A DNA stretch of 64,000 bases from Lama guanicoe (lineage: Eukaryota). Within the stretch, counting starts at the first letter, position 1. Each line of letters opens with the position of its first letter. Positions 25,873-38,110 of the stretch are shown here, piece by piece. The notes beneath the pieces are model-generated. The model was not told where the DNA came from. It searched no databases and saw nothing but the letters and a program-made list of their open reading frames with translations. The stretch is taken from contig MU053933.1 of the NCBI GenBank assembly GCA_013239625.1, positions 2,319,026 through 2,383,025 on the forward strand, written 5' to 3'. Made by a program: the position numbers and the translations under genes.

Positions 25873-26321
25873 AGGAGACTGTGGGGGGCAGAGGGGAGGA
25901 GCGGGAGAAGAAGGTGAGGAGGAAGCCAGGCGCACAGTGGGCAGGGCAGGGCCCGGGCGGCACCCACATGCTGAGGCCCCCTGCCCACGGTCAGAGCCCC
26001 AGGCTCACAGGACTTCTTGCAGCCAAAGCCCACTTGGCGGCTAGCCCAGCACAGCCAGCCACACGACACCCAGACTTTATTATCCTGAAACCACAAATAC
26101 AAATACTCACGCTCGCCCTTCTCACGGCTCCAAGGAAACACTCTCACTGCTCTGGATGGATGTCTGTGCTGCTTTCTGCTCTCAGATCAGCAGGTGAGAG
26201 AAAGCCTCAACCTAAGAGCACACCTGGCCTCTTGCCGGTGGACACTTTTGCGCTGGAGGTGACTCACAGGCCTAGTTTCCAGTCAAGGCTTAAAACCGAA
26301 CAGCACATGGGATCAACTTAC

Positions 26322-26367
26322 ATGATCAACGCCTCCCACTCAAAAAAGTTCTCTTCGTTCATGGGGC
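26322..26367 (-). CDS. UBE2G2: UBE2G2 coding exon 3 (GPMNEENFFEWEALIM)
   Basis: Acceptor tctttccctgcAG, donor AT|GTAAGT; 46 nt; follows a 95-nt intron 2. Confidence 0.96.
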
Positions 26368-26462
26368 CTGCAGGGAAAGAAGGAATTCCACATTTTAACT
26401 TTGAGGGCAACTTTGGCAACCAGAAGCAAATTATAAAGAGGCTAATTCCACACCAAACTTAC

Positions 26463-26498
26463 CTGCCACAATTCCTTCCGGAGGGTTCAAGGTTAATT
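26463..26498 (-). CDS. UBE2G2: UBE2G2 coding exon 2 (QLTLNPPEGIVA)
   Basis: Acceptor ttttgtAG, donor G|GTAAGT; 36 nt; frame continuous with exon 1. Confidence 0.96.
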
Positions 26499-27399
26499 CT
26501 ACAAAATTAAAAAGTAAAACCATTATGAAAAAGAATGATTATGTTGCATTTTAACTAAAAAGTGTAAAGCATACCAAAGACTATCAATTACATGGTACAC
26601 ATATTAACAGATGAAAATGCTGCTTGTCCCAAGTGAATGTCTGCTCCAGTTACATTTCTGACCAAGACTCTGTAAGCAGTCCTTTATAACAGCAGAGCAG
26701 TTTCAGAACTGTAAACACTTACAAATGAAGAAACATCCAAGAGAGTCAACTGTCTTTCCAAAATACTCCCTCTGGATATTTTGATTAAAGCGCATAAATC
26801 AATCACAGTATATTATTTCCTAACTGAAATGGACTTTCTGTCATTGCGAAAGTTGGAACAAACCTTTCTGAAGGTGATAAACTAGAGCTGTGAATAGCAC
26901 TGAGGTTTAAAAAGCCTGGTATCCTCAAGTTCATCAAGTGGTCTACAGGCTGGCTGTTGACCTCCGACTCCAGGCTACAAAACCTGTGGGCCCCCAGGCG
27001 TGAGGCCCCACAGGGTATCAGACCAACACCGGGAGCAGAAACAGGAGAAAACCAGTCGGCAGCAGCGTCTCTTGGCAATTTAAGAAGGTGAGAAGTTGCT
27101 CAAAGCCTGGAGGCCCAGCTCTGCCGCCTGGGAGCTGCTGCTGAGGAATGTGACTCCCACCCTCGGCCTCCTCAGTGTGCACACAGGAGGCCCCAGCGTG
27201 AAACCACGCCTGTGGACGGACTGGAAAGTGGATGACGGGAGATGGAAGGGGACGCGGGCAAGACGGGCAGCCACGCAGGACCACGGGGCCAGACGGCCAG
27301 TGCCTCCCGTCTGGGCCGAGTGCCACGCCAGGATGCTACTAGAATAGTGAGGAGCACGACAAAACCAGACAGACATACCATTAACAGTCCCTGCCAAAC

Positions 27400-28140
27400 A
27401 AACACAAGGCGTAAAGACTGGAAAAGAGGAAACAGAGCCGTCACTGTCCTCAGATGCTGTGCGTACCGACACGGAGAGTCCAGAAGAATCTAGAGGTAAA
27501 TTATGAGAAAAAGTCTGCCGAAGCTGCTGAATACAGGGTCAGCAAACAGAACTGAGTTGTATTTCTACACACAGCAAGTGAGAAGAGGAAACCTAGGGAA
27601 GACAACCATTACAACGGGTAATGTGTAGAAACAAGTGCTTCACAGATGTACAAGACCCGTTACAGAACAGAAATTATTAACACGTAGTATTAAAAGACCT
27701 TAATAAGTGGAGATTTTATCACACAGATTAAAGAACTCAGTATTGCAAAGTTACCCATCCTCCTCACGCTGAAACCTACGGATCAAGTGCAACCTCAGCC
27801 AAAATCCCAGCAGGTTTTCCTGGAATTTTACAAGGTAATTAGTCCTAAAACATCTGTGAAAATGCAAACGGCCAAGAACAGCCAGGACACTCTTCAAAAG
27901 GAGTAGATGGAGAACTGCACCCACGGGCCATCAAGGCTTCCGACAAAGCTACAGCCAGCCAGGCGACGGCACCGCACACGGCAGACCGGGGGAGAGAAGG
28001 GAGCGCGCCCGGAGCGGGCCGTCAGCCCGCGAGGAGGGCAGCAGCACCCAGAACGGAGGAGAAGGGCTGCCTGCCCACAGACGACGCTAATCTTTAAGAA
28101 CAAAATATAAAGCCTTTTCCCTGCACACAAAAATCAAAGC
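27400..28140 (+). mobile_element. LINE-1 ORF2 fragment
   Basis: aaagaccttaataagtggaga, actcagtattgcaaag, aaaatcccagcaggttt, aatgcaaacggccaagaacagcca. Confidence 0.75.
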
Positions 28141-28164
28141 GCGTGAGAAAACAGGGAGAAGGGG

Positions 28165-28930
28165 CAGGCGACATAACAGAAAACACATACACAGGTCTCT
28201 GCCCCAGGTCCCAGCAGAGCTCCTAAATCCCTCGTAAATTCACAAGGGCAGGCGCAGTAGGAGGGTCTTTTGTCCTAATGAGGTGGCTCCGGGGGGGCTC
28301 GGGGCAGAAGGGGGGGGTAAGACCAGGCCACAGTTCGGGTTCAGCCTCACCCCCAGCCCCCAAGGTAGTGAGGGGCCTGGAACTGGGGTTAACAGTGGGT
28401 CATGCCTACAAAGGAAGCCTCCATAACATCCCCACAGCATAAGGATCGGGGAGCTTGGGGGCTGGTGAGCACGTGGAGGGGCTGGGAGGGCAGTGCCCCA
28501 GAGCCAGGAAGCTCGGCGCCTTTCCCCACACCCGCCCCCCCACACCTCTTCCATCTGGCTGTTCCTACGTCAGCTCCTTTGTAACAAACTGGTAACCCAG
28601 TAAGTAAAGGATCCCTGAGTGCTGGGAGCTGCTCTGGCAAATTAACCGAACCTGAGGAGGGGCTGTGGGGACCTCCAATTTACAGCCCGTCAGTCAGAAG
28701 CAGAGGTGACAACCCGGACTTGCAGTGGGCACCTCCAGGCTGGGTGCGGGGGGAGTCTTGTGGGACTGGGCCCTCCGCCCGTGATTTCCAGGTAGGTCAT
28801 TAAACTGTAGGACACCCAGCTGGTGTCCAAGAACTGCTTGGTGTGGGGACAAAGCCCACATGCCTGGTGGCAGAAGTGCTGTGAGTGGGGGAGTGAAGGG
28901 GAAACACAGGAGAAGCGAGGTGTTCTAATC
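28165..28930 (+). mobile_element. MER21-like solo LTR nested in L1
   Basis: ggtctctgcccc..cagagctcctaaatccct, gaagcctccataa, catctggctgttc, agtcttgtgggactg, taggacacccagctggtgtcc match the recalled MER21 consensus in order. Confidence 0.75.
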
Positions 28931-28934
28931 CCGG

Positions 28935-29750
28935 CAGAAGAACGAGCAGACCCACCAGCAGAGCAGACACGGGGGCAAATGAGCACATGAAAAGGTGCTC
29001 AGCATCCTGAGTTGTCCGGAAACGGAAGCCACAGCCACTGACAGGCATGGCTGTGCACCTTCTCAGTAAAACGTCTGTACTAGCCGGCACAGAAGAGCTA
29101 AAATTAAAAAGACCGATAGTATCAAGAGTTGCTGAGTTAACAACCGGATCTCTCATGCACCACGGGAGATGCAAACGGTCTCGTTCCCCTTTGGTAAACA
29201 GTTGGACCACTTCTAACGAAAACAGTTTAAACATACGCTTACCCTGAGACCCAGCAATTCCACTGGTGAACATCAACCCAAGCGAAACAAAGCCCCGGAG
29301 AGGAGAAGACGCCTGTGACACATATAGCCGGCAAAGGGCCGTCTCAGCTCCTGAAGGAGGCCTCCCAGATCACTAAGAACAAACAGACAGCCCAGAAGAA
29401 AGCCAAGCACAAGGCCTGAACAGGCCCTTCACACACACAAAGGACATCTAAGTGGCCAGTAAACATACGACACGGTGTTCAACCTCATTAATCATGGGGA
29501 AATGCAAGCTACAACCACAGTCAGAGCTCCACCCCCGCCAGGATAACCCAGTAATCAGAGCTGAGAAGGTGACCGCAAGGAGTGTCCACACAGATGAGGA
29601 GCCACAGAAACAGAGGAGGAGGGTAAACTGCACAACCACTTTAGAAATGAGGTTGCTCTTGTCTACTACGACCCAGAAACTCCCCGCCGGAGCACAAACT
29701 CATAGAAATATGTGCACACGTGCACCAAGAGATATGTCTAAGAATTTTTT
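28935..29750 (+). mobile_element. LINE-1 3' fragments
   Basis: cacatgaaaaggtgctcagcatc, gacccagcaattccact, gttcaacctcattaatcatggggaaatgca. Confidence 0.7.
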
Positions 29751-30394
29751 TTTTAATGCTGATGTCATGACTTAGAAGACTAGCTTCAGAGTCTCGGTAG
29801 CAATCAACATGCTTTTGTGCAGATAAACTTACAACAAATTATAACGATCCTCATATGAATCAAACTCCGGGAAAATATGGGGAAATAGCAGGTGAAATGT
29901 CACTGGATGTGATTAAGGAGCTTTACACTGTAACACTGGGCACTCTCCCAAGAGAGACTGAGAACGGACTGTGACCAAGGACAGCAGCCTAAGCAGGAGC
30001 AAGGAGAAGCCACCACTGATGAGAGGTCTCAGGGAGTATAAACCTTACAGGACAAAGGACAGTTTAAATATCCTCCCGCCATCATGAAACACTGTTCCAA
30101 CCAGTGGTTTAAAAGTCTGCCGTGTGTCTCTGTCTTGCTATATAATGTTATGTGCTGAAAAGTGCACAGTTACAATTCTAATCACAGAGTCACTCAGCTC
30201 CAGGGTGCTGTCTTCCCCTTCCATGTGCTTCTTGGTGGTATCTGAAGCTCCGAGGGGCTCTACAAGACACAGGGCAACGGGGCAACCATTTTGGGTGGCC
30301 AAAATGTCCAGAAGTGGCCAACCACTAACCACGTACCAGCTAGCAAATATCACTTCTGCTTCTTCTCTGCCAAGACCTACTCCAGCCAGCGGGG

Positions 30395-30560
30395 AGGTCG
30401 TGATGACTGAGAGACACGGTCCTGCCCTCAGTGCACTTAAGTCCCAGCGGAGGCAGACAGGCAGTAAACAAGGAGACACGTAAATGGAGCATTCCAGGTG
30501 CTGCTGGGCGCAGCGAGGACCAGGGCGAAGTGACAGAGAGGCTGGCCAGGTCATCAGGAG
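30395..30560 (-). mobile_element. L2 fragment
   Basis: agacacggtcctgccctca...cagacaggcagtaaacaa resembles the L2 3' region. Confidence 0.45.
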
Positions 30561-30594
30561 AGGCCTTGCCATGCAGGTGGTACGGAGGTGGGCC

Positions 30595-30855
30595 TTCTCT
30601 TAGCCGAGGCATAACTGACACGTAACCGCATGCTAACTCCAGGTGCCACACAGCGATGCCACGCTGTATCTGCTGTGGAGTCACCACCGCAGGAAGTCTA
30701 CTCGGCCTCACCACCACCACAGACAGCTACGGAACTTTTTTGAGATGAGAACTTTCAAGATCTATCCTCTTGGCAAACGTCAAACATACAACACAGCATT
30801 ATTAGCCAGAGTCACCATGTGTCCATGACCCTCCCCAGGACTTATCACCTTATCG
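30595..30855 (-). mobile_element. LINE-1 3' end fragment
   Basis: gaggcataactgaca, gatgagaactttcaagatcta..ttggcaaac.tcaaacatacaacacagcattatta. Confidence 0.65.
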
Positions 30856-31125
30856 TGAGAAAGAGCCTCACACAGATGGGGGCAGATGAACTGCAAGCTG
30901 ATAAAGGGGGCGGGGGGGGCACACCGTTAGTGGGAGAGGGGCCCGGAGCCTCGAGGAGGAGCTTGGACCAGAGGGCCGGCCTTCCTCCTCCTCAGTGGGG
31001 CTCCCCTGGGGACTGCCCTCCCCCACAGCCTCCCTTTGGGAGAAGCAAAGTCTAAACCCTGCAGCTGGAGTCTGAACCCTGCAGCTGGAGCAGGGCGCCG
31101 CCCTCCCACCTGCGTCCTTAGTCAA

Positions 31126-31144
31126 CAGCGCCATCTACTGGTCA
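31126..31144 (-). promoter_or_regulatory. Candidate CTCF binding site in UBE2G2 intron 1
   Basis: TGACCAGTAGATGGCGCTG matches the CTCF core CCASYAGRKGGCRS at every position; binding not shown. Confidence 0.6.
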
Positions 31145-31699
31145 ACAAGGGGTCATAGTGCTCGGGTTCTCCAGGCAGAGGGAAACTTCAGGACTACATT
31201 CTGCTTCCTTGTTTTGTTTTTTGTTGTCAACACATGCACATGCACACACACACACCCATAAAGCTTCAGATTTAATAATAAAAACAACCTCAAAAACAGA
31301 AGCAAGATCTCACTATCAGAAATTTGCAAAGACCATTCTTTGCCACTGATTCCTTGAGAATGTTAATTTGAATTTTAAAAAAACATTGTTTTAAATAGTG
31401 GCTTAAAAAATAGACACCACACAAAATGAAATAAAAATACATGCTTTGACCCAGCAGTCCTATTTCTCGGAATCTAACCCACAGGTACATTGGTAAAAAT
31501 AAGAGAAGACACGTGCATAAAGCTATGCGTCTCAGGACATTCTGTAATAGCAAAAAGCTGGGAACAGCCCCAAATCTCTATCAACAGGAGACCAGTCAAA
31601 TCATGACACGTCTACTGACAGAACACCTGCGGCTGCGAAGAGGGATGACGACTACGCCGGGTGCTGGCACCGCACCAGGTCCAGGGCGCGGCAGGTGAG

Positions 31700-32003
31700 A
31701 AGAGTAAAGCGGAGACGAGCTTCTAACGAAGGTCTCTGAGGAGGCGATTAAAGGTAAATGTGGTCATGGGGTGGACCCCAATCCAATTTGACTGGTGTCC
31801 TTATAAGAAGATCAGGACACAGACACGCATGGAGGGACAACCAGGCAGGGACACAGGGAGGAGACAGCTGTCCACATGCCAAGGAGCGGGGCCTCGAAGG
31901 GGCCAGCCTTGCCACATCTGGACCTCGGACTGTGAGAAAGGAACCTCTGTGATGCAAGCCCCGGCCCGCGGCTCTCAGTTACAGCCCCCAGGCAGGCTGA
32001 CAC
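31700..32003 (+). mobile_element. MLT1A/B-type MaLR LTR
   Basis: gtggaccccaatccaat.tgactggtgtccttataagaag, ggactgtgagaaa, 3' end caggctgacaca. Confidence 0.8.
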
Positions 32004-32004
32004 A

Positions 32005-34205
32005 GCGCTCGAACAACTGGACAGCTATCTGCAAACCAGCTCCAAGTAAACCTTGACCTTTTCCCCATACCATATACAAAATGTCCCTTGACGTGGACCA
32101 CAGATCAAAACGTAGGCGCTCACGGTATAAAGAAATCACGGGGAAAACCTTAGTGATCTTATGTTAGGCAATGATTTCTTAAACATAACACAGAAAGCAA
32201 GAAATATTTTAAGTCAATCAACTGGACGTCACAGAAATGCTTAAAACCTGCTCTTTTAAAGGCAGTGTTATGAAAATGACAAGACAGGCCACAGGAGCTG
32301 CGGTGCAAGGGGCACACGTTCACCCAGCAGAGGGAAGCAGCTCACAGTGCACGCTGAGCCACAGGGCAGCAGTGCGCCAGCTGTTTTCTAAAAAGGCGAG
32401 CCAGAGTCTAAGAGAAACTATTTACAAAATATCCAACATATAACTTGTACCGGCATTATATAAAGAACTCCTACAACTTAATGAGGAAACAATACACCCA
32501 GTAAAAAGTAAGCAAAAGACTCAAGGAACATCAACAAAAAAGGTGTTTGGATGGCGTACAAACCATGGGCTGATACGTGACATCTCTGGTCATCAGGAAA
32601 ATGTGAGGTAAAGCCACAATGAGATACCACTACACACCCAACAGAATGGCTAAAAAGTTTTAAACTGACCATAGCAGGTGTCAAGCAAGGCAGTGGGGCT
32701 GCTGGAACTCCTAACACACAGCCGGTTGGGAAAAGCTTGGCTGTTGCTTTAAAAATCAAACATACAGTTCACATGAGACCCAGCTGTTTACCCAAAAGAA
32801 ATGAAAACAGATGTCCACAGCAGGACAGGTGCCCAAATGCTCACGGCAGGTTTATCCGTAATACCCGAAGGTCCACCAGCAGGTGAGTGCAGTAACAAGC
32901 CGTGGTCTGGCCACACAGCGGACTCTCCTCTGCAGTGAGAGGGGTGGACCGCGGACGCAGTCAACAACCTGGCTCCTGCGAGATTCACCCATGCTGAGTG
33001 AGAGAAGTCTGACGAAAGGAAAGTCAAAACAACCACAGTGAGTGACAGAAGGCAGATCAGTCACCGCCTGGGACCTGGGGGTGCAGGAGAGAGAAGGCAG
33101 AGCTGGATTACAAAGAGGCAGGAGACCTAGGAGGGTGGGGATTCCACACATCATCCTGACTGTGGTGACGGCTTCACAGAACTCATCAAATGTACTCTTT
33201 AAATACATCAGCTTCCTGTATGTCAACTGTACCCCAATACAACTGCCTTTTTTAAAGAAAGGTGGCTGGAACAAGACACCATGAAGGCTGAGAAGAGAAA
33301 GCACAAACAGGGATAAAATACTCGTAACACATATAACCAACAAAGAATTAGGAACATAAAAAGGGACAGGGAACTTACAAAGAACTCCTACAAATCAGAA
33401 AGAGAGAGAAACCACACTACGAAAATCTGTTAAAAGACACGAACAGACATTTCACAAAGGGAAAAACACAAGTCATCTATTAACATGACACAACGCTCAG
33501 CTTCATTCACTAATCATGATCTACAAATTAAAACCACAAGGAGCCACGTCACACCCATCGGGTGGGTGGAAACAGACCTGCATGGGACCAAGGGGTCAGT
33601 GAACACGGAAAGTGACCAGTGCAGAACATGCACATGGGGAACCACCCACAAAGCCGACGTGAGCACGCTCCAGGACCGCGTTACATCCAGGTCTACACCG
33701 TGCACAGGCACACCACAATGTCCACGGCAACCTACGTGCATGATCCTCCAACACTGGAAATAGCCCACATACCCGGCAGCAATGTAAAGGGTAAATTTGG
33801 GCTTATTCACAAAGTGAGATACTACCCAGCAGTGAAAAGAACACAGCTGTATGCTTCAGCATAAATGAATCGCAGAAACAGCACTTAGCAAAGATTCAAC
33901 TTGTAGAGTACACACTGTGCAATTCCATCTCCACTCAATATAAAAACGGGCGAAAGTAAGTAACATGTTGTTTAGGATATACTGAGGGGTAGAACTATGA
34001 GGAAAAGGGAAAGAACAACGCACACGGCACTGAGTGGCGGTGACCCCGGCGGGGGTGGGAAGGGGCACCGAGAGGTCTCAGCCACGGCTAGAGTTCTGCT
34101 TGGTAAGCAGGGTCACAGGCACAGACGTTCATTTTACTGTTCCATCTGAACATACACCTTTTACAGCCTTTACATATATGACATACTTCACAATAAAAGA
34201 TGCTT
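32005..34205 (+). mobile_element. Two successive LINE-1 3' segments (3' ends near 33260 and 34200)
   Basis: ccatatacaaaa, ttaggcaatgatttctta, tataaagaactcctacaact, accacaatgagataccactacacacc, terminal cccaataca and cacaataaaa. Confidence 0.85.
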
Positions 34206-34259
34206 TAGAAAGCTGAGAGGGATTAATTACAGGGAAGGAAGACAGTAGCGGGAAGGACC

Positions 34260-34775
34260 GGCTGAGACTGGTGGTGCAGAGAAGGCGTCTCTGGGCAGCA
34301 GGGCAAGAGTAATGATGACACCAGTGAAACGGAGAGCTGATGCTCAGAGAGAGGGGAGTGTGCCAACAACGGCGCCACTAGGGCTGGAGAGCCGCGCTGG
34401 GCTGGGGAACGAGGCGAGGTCAGAGAGGCAGAAGGGCCAGAAGAAGCAGAGCCTGAGCTGTTAACGCGAGGACTTCTGGGCACTGGGACAGGATCTGAGG
34501 TGCTGCTGTGCTGCGGGCAGGGCAGAAGCAGACCACCGTGAGGGCGGTGCCATAGCCACAGGTCAGAGGTAGCAGCTCAGGACAGTGTGGGACTCTGGAT
34601 AAAGTCCAAACAACAGATACAAAAGAGAAAGTGAGACTTCAAGGATGAATCTGTTTTGAGCCCAAACAACCAAAAGAATGAGGCTGCCACCAACTGAGAG
34701 GGGGAGACTGCGGGGCCACAATGGGGCAGGAGCACAGGGGCTCAGTTTTAGAAGCGGAAGTTTGGAGTTGCTATT
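34260..34775 (-). mobile_element. L2 fragment
   Basis: gagacttcaaggatga..., gctgccaccaactgaga.gggagactg, gctcagtttt..aagttt resemble antisense L2. Confidence 0.45.
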
Positions 34776-34777
34776 AC

Positions 34778-35180
34778 TCAGTTTAATAGTGTCCCCTAGA
34801 AACTGTGAATGAATGTGACCTCATCTGGAAACAGGGACTGCGCAGATGTAATCAAGTTACAAGGAGGGCACACTGGATTAGGATAGGCCCTCAACCAACG
34901 GCTGGTGTCTTTGCAAGGGGAAAGATGGCCACGCAAACACAGGGGCAGAAACTGGAGTTAGGCTGTCACGAGCCACGGAACACCATGGACCGCCAGCAAC
35001 CGCCAGGAGCCAGCAGAGGCGAGGAGAGATTCTTCCTAGAGCCTTCGGGGGGAATGAGGCCCTGCCGGCACCTTGATGTGGGACTTGGCAGCCTCCAGAG
35101 CCGGGAGAGAGCAAGTCTCCGCTGTGTTAAGCCCCCTACATTGTGCTGCTTTGCCAGGGCCGCCCTGGAAACCAGTCCCT
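34778..35180 (+). mobile_element. MLT1C/D-type MaLR LTR
   Basis: gaatgtgacctcatctggaaacaggg..gcagatgtaatcaagtta, ttcttcctagagccttc, ccctgccggcaccttgat, cagcctccaga. Confidence 0.8.
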
Positions 35181-35625
35181 AGGTCCATCTCTGACACTCC
35201 CAGCAAAGGCCAGATGACACACGAAGATAAAACATCATGGAGAGGTATCAGTCTAGGGCATCTTGGTTCTTTTCCCGTCTCTCCTTTTTTTTCGGTTGTA
35301 AGAACCCGGGCAAATCATTTTGTCTGTTATGCAATTTCCTGTAAAATTTGTAAAACCAGAGGCCTGAACAGAATCATTTCTAAGGTCTTGCCACCTGTGT
35401 CTGCTGCTCCGACTCTTCTCAAATACAAGACAGTGAGCCTGAGCCCCACACACATCTACCTAAGCCCATTCCGCACAGAAGCCGTTTCTTTAAAACCTAC
35501 CTTCCCACTGCTTGTGCCGCCTAAAACGTGGCAGGAGGCCAAACCAGACGCTAAGGCACGGAAGACTCACTAAGAGGAACTTTATCATGTTACTACCAAC
35601 AACAAAACTCCCCTCTTTAACGCAC

Positions 35626-36160
35626 CGTATCCACGTTCTACGGTAATGTGACAATTACCGCAAACTCAGTGGCTGAAAACAACACCCACTGATGAGCTCA
35701 TGGTTTCTGTGTGTCAGAAGGCTGGACACGGTGCAGGCCAGACGGTTCTCTGCTTAGAGTCTCCCAAGGCAGTAGTCAAGGTGTTGGCAGGGCTGCTGCC
35801 CGGAGTTCATTAAGGTGTCTGGCAGAATCCTGTTCCCTGCGGCTGTAGGACAGAGGTTCTGGATACCTCACTGCTGTCAGCCAGGGGTCACTCTCAGGTT
35901 CGAGAGGCCACCGTATCCCCAGCTCCCGGCCCAGCAGTCCAGGCGGGTGGAGGCCTTCTCACCCTGCGGATCTCCCGACCTCCTCTCCCGCAGGAACGGA
36001 GCCCCGACAGTCCAGGACACTCTCCTGTCCTAACCTCAGCAGGTGTGACCTGTGAACGACTCTCCAAGGCCCCCGCACACCAGGGCCACGGTTAGAGTCT
36101 GACCCAGCAGCCAGGGCACGGGGGCCTTAGGGAGACACCTGCACAGCTCTGTCTGCCACA
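35626..36160 (-). mobile_element. MLT1E/F-type MaLR LTR
   Basis: aattaccgcaaactcagtggctgaaaacaaca, tcaaggtgttggcagggctg, terminal ctgtctgccaca. Confidence 0.7.
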
Positions 36161-36879
36161 CATACTCCAAAACGTCACATACTTACACATAAAAACACAC
36201 ACAGTACACTTATGTGATACAACTTCGGAAGTCAACGGCTATTTATGTTTTTTTATCACCACAAATTGACAATATGGTAGAAATACTGGATGAGGTTTTT
36301 GTTAAGTACAATAAGGGGGAAAGTATTAGGAACTACAAGCTGAACAATGCCAAGACTGGACAGAAACAGCCACCTAAATTTAATTCCCTAAGCAGGGGTT
36401 CCAAGAGTCCTGTGCTACAGAAATGAGAAAAGAATACCTGCTCGCAGTCTCGAAACAGGGCTAAACAGACTGAGACAGACACTGAAATGCAGACCAGGAG
36501 GGCAGGAAATGGCACAGGTTTCCGGGCATCTGACCCCCAGCCAGGCGTCCCACGAGGAGACAGAGGCAACAGCCCCCCAACATCCGAGCCTGTGCTGGGA
36601 GGGAACCATCTCTCCCAACTCTGCCCCTTAAGCCCTCCTTCAATCTACCCCCTCCTTTAGAGACACTGGATGATGCGTGTTACTGAAACGTTCATTTTAA
36701 TGAGCCTGCCTTTGCGACACCGGTCTGCTCAAGCCAGACAGCAACACGGCCACCAATGTGGTTTAGGAAACTGAGGTGCACGTGTTCCTTCCCAAGGAAC
36801 TTTGCTACATTTATTACTTTACTTTGTGTTCAAGCTTTCGAGGGTGTCATCAGGATACTGACGACAAAACCAGCCAACA

Positions 36880-38110
36880 CTACGTACAGCTACCCGCCAG
36901 ATTCCCGGCTGCGCCTGACCCTCCCCGCGGGAACGGCGCGGAGGGTCAGGCCGCTAGCACGCGCAGGCGGGCCCCCACCCCGTGTGTCCCGCTCGGCAGA
37001 GCGCGCCCAACGCGAGGGCAGCCCGCCTTCTCCCCGCAACCGTCCCGGGAGCCCAGCGGGAGGCTTCGGCGCGCCTCTCCCTCCGCCTTCCCCAGTGAGG
37101 GAATCCCGCTGGCTGCGAAAGCAGCCGGCGCCGCGAAGCCCTGCCCGCTCACCGAAGAGGACGCCGGGCCCGACCTTTCGCCCCGAGCTCCTCACAGCGC
37201 GCTCCCTCTCCTGCTGCTCGGCTGCGACGCCTCCGGGCCCCTGGGGGCCCTCCCCTTGGCCCCCCGCGCGTCCGCGAGGCTGCGCTCGGGACCCAGCGCG
37301 ACCGTCCAGGCTCGCCCCGCCGCCGCGGCCCGGGCTCGCGGCCGGGAGCGGACAGAGCCGCCCGGAGCGCGCACAGACGGGCCGCGCTCGGCCGCGCGGG
37401 GGCCACCGGGGCCCCGAACTCACGTTTGTACTCGGCCATCAGCCTCTTGAGCGCCGTCCCCGCCATCGTCCGGGAAACAGCTGCGCCGTTCGCCTCGCCT
37501 CCTCAGCGCTCGTCCCTCCCGCCTGACGCCGCGGCCGCTTCCGGGTCGCCGCCGGGGCACAGAAGCCCTTCCGGGGCGCGGGGCGCGGGGCGCGTGCGCG
37601 CGGGAGGTCGCGCCGGGGAGCGGCGCGCGCGGGCGGGGCGGCTCTGGTGCCGGGTCCTGCGTCCCGGTCCCCGCGTCCCGGTCCCCGTGCTCCGCCGCGG
37701 CCCTAAGCCGCTTTGCGGGGTTAAGGCCGCTTCCAGGGGTCCGAATTCCTGTAGGGGACTGTCCAGAAGATCCCGGAGCAGCGGGCGCCCGGCTGAGCGC
37801 GTAGGAACCGCCTGGTCCCTCCTCGTGGCCTCAGGGAAGGGTCGGCGGCGGGGACGCGGATGGAGACGGAGGGCGGAGACCCCGATGCGGGACGGGGCTG
37901 GAGGGTGGAGACTGAGGACGCAGGACTGCGCGGGGGCGGGCGGGGCCGGCCGCCCCGGGCCGAGTGCTGGCCGAGCAGACACCGTCCAGACTGTTTTCTG
38001 AGGGCGCCTCTAGAAGGGGAGGGTCGGAGACGCCGCCGGTCCGCTACGTGCACACCGCGGCTGGTGGACCGTGGCGGGGCTCACCGGCCGTCGCCCCGTG
38101 TAGTTCAGAG
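36880..38110. promoter_or_regulatory. CpG-island promoter of UBE2G2
   Basis: Very dense CpG around exon 1; two ETS/GABP-type CCGGAAG sites (37538-37544, 37568-37574), NRF1-like GCGCGTGCGC (37590-37599), GC boxes; no TATA box seen. Confidence 0.88.
37424..37466 (-). CDS. UBE2G2: UBE2G2 coding exon 1 (MAGTALKRLMAEYK+1 nt), ubiquitin-conjugating enzyme E2 G2
   Basis: ATG at 37466 in strong Kozak context (ACGATGG); translation matches the UBE2G2/Ubc7 N-terminus; donor C|GTGAGT; 43 nt. Confidence 0.97.

Noticed and set aside
21265..34205. Active or intact LINE-1
   Set aside because: Fragmented, nested with LTRs, no continuous ORF2
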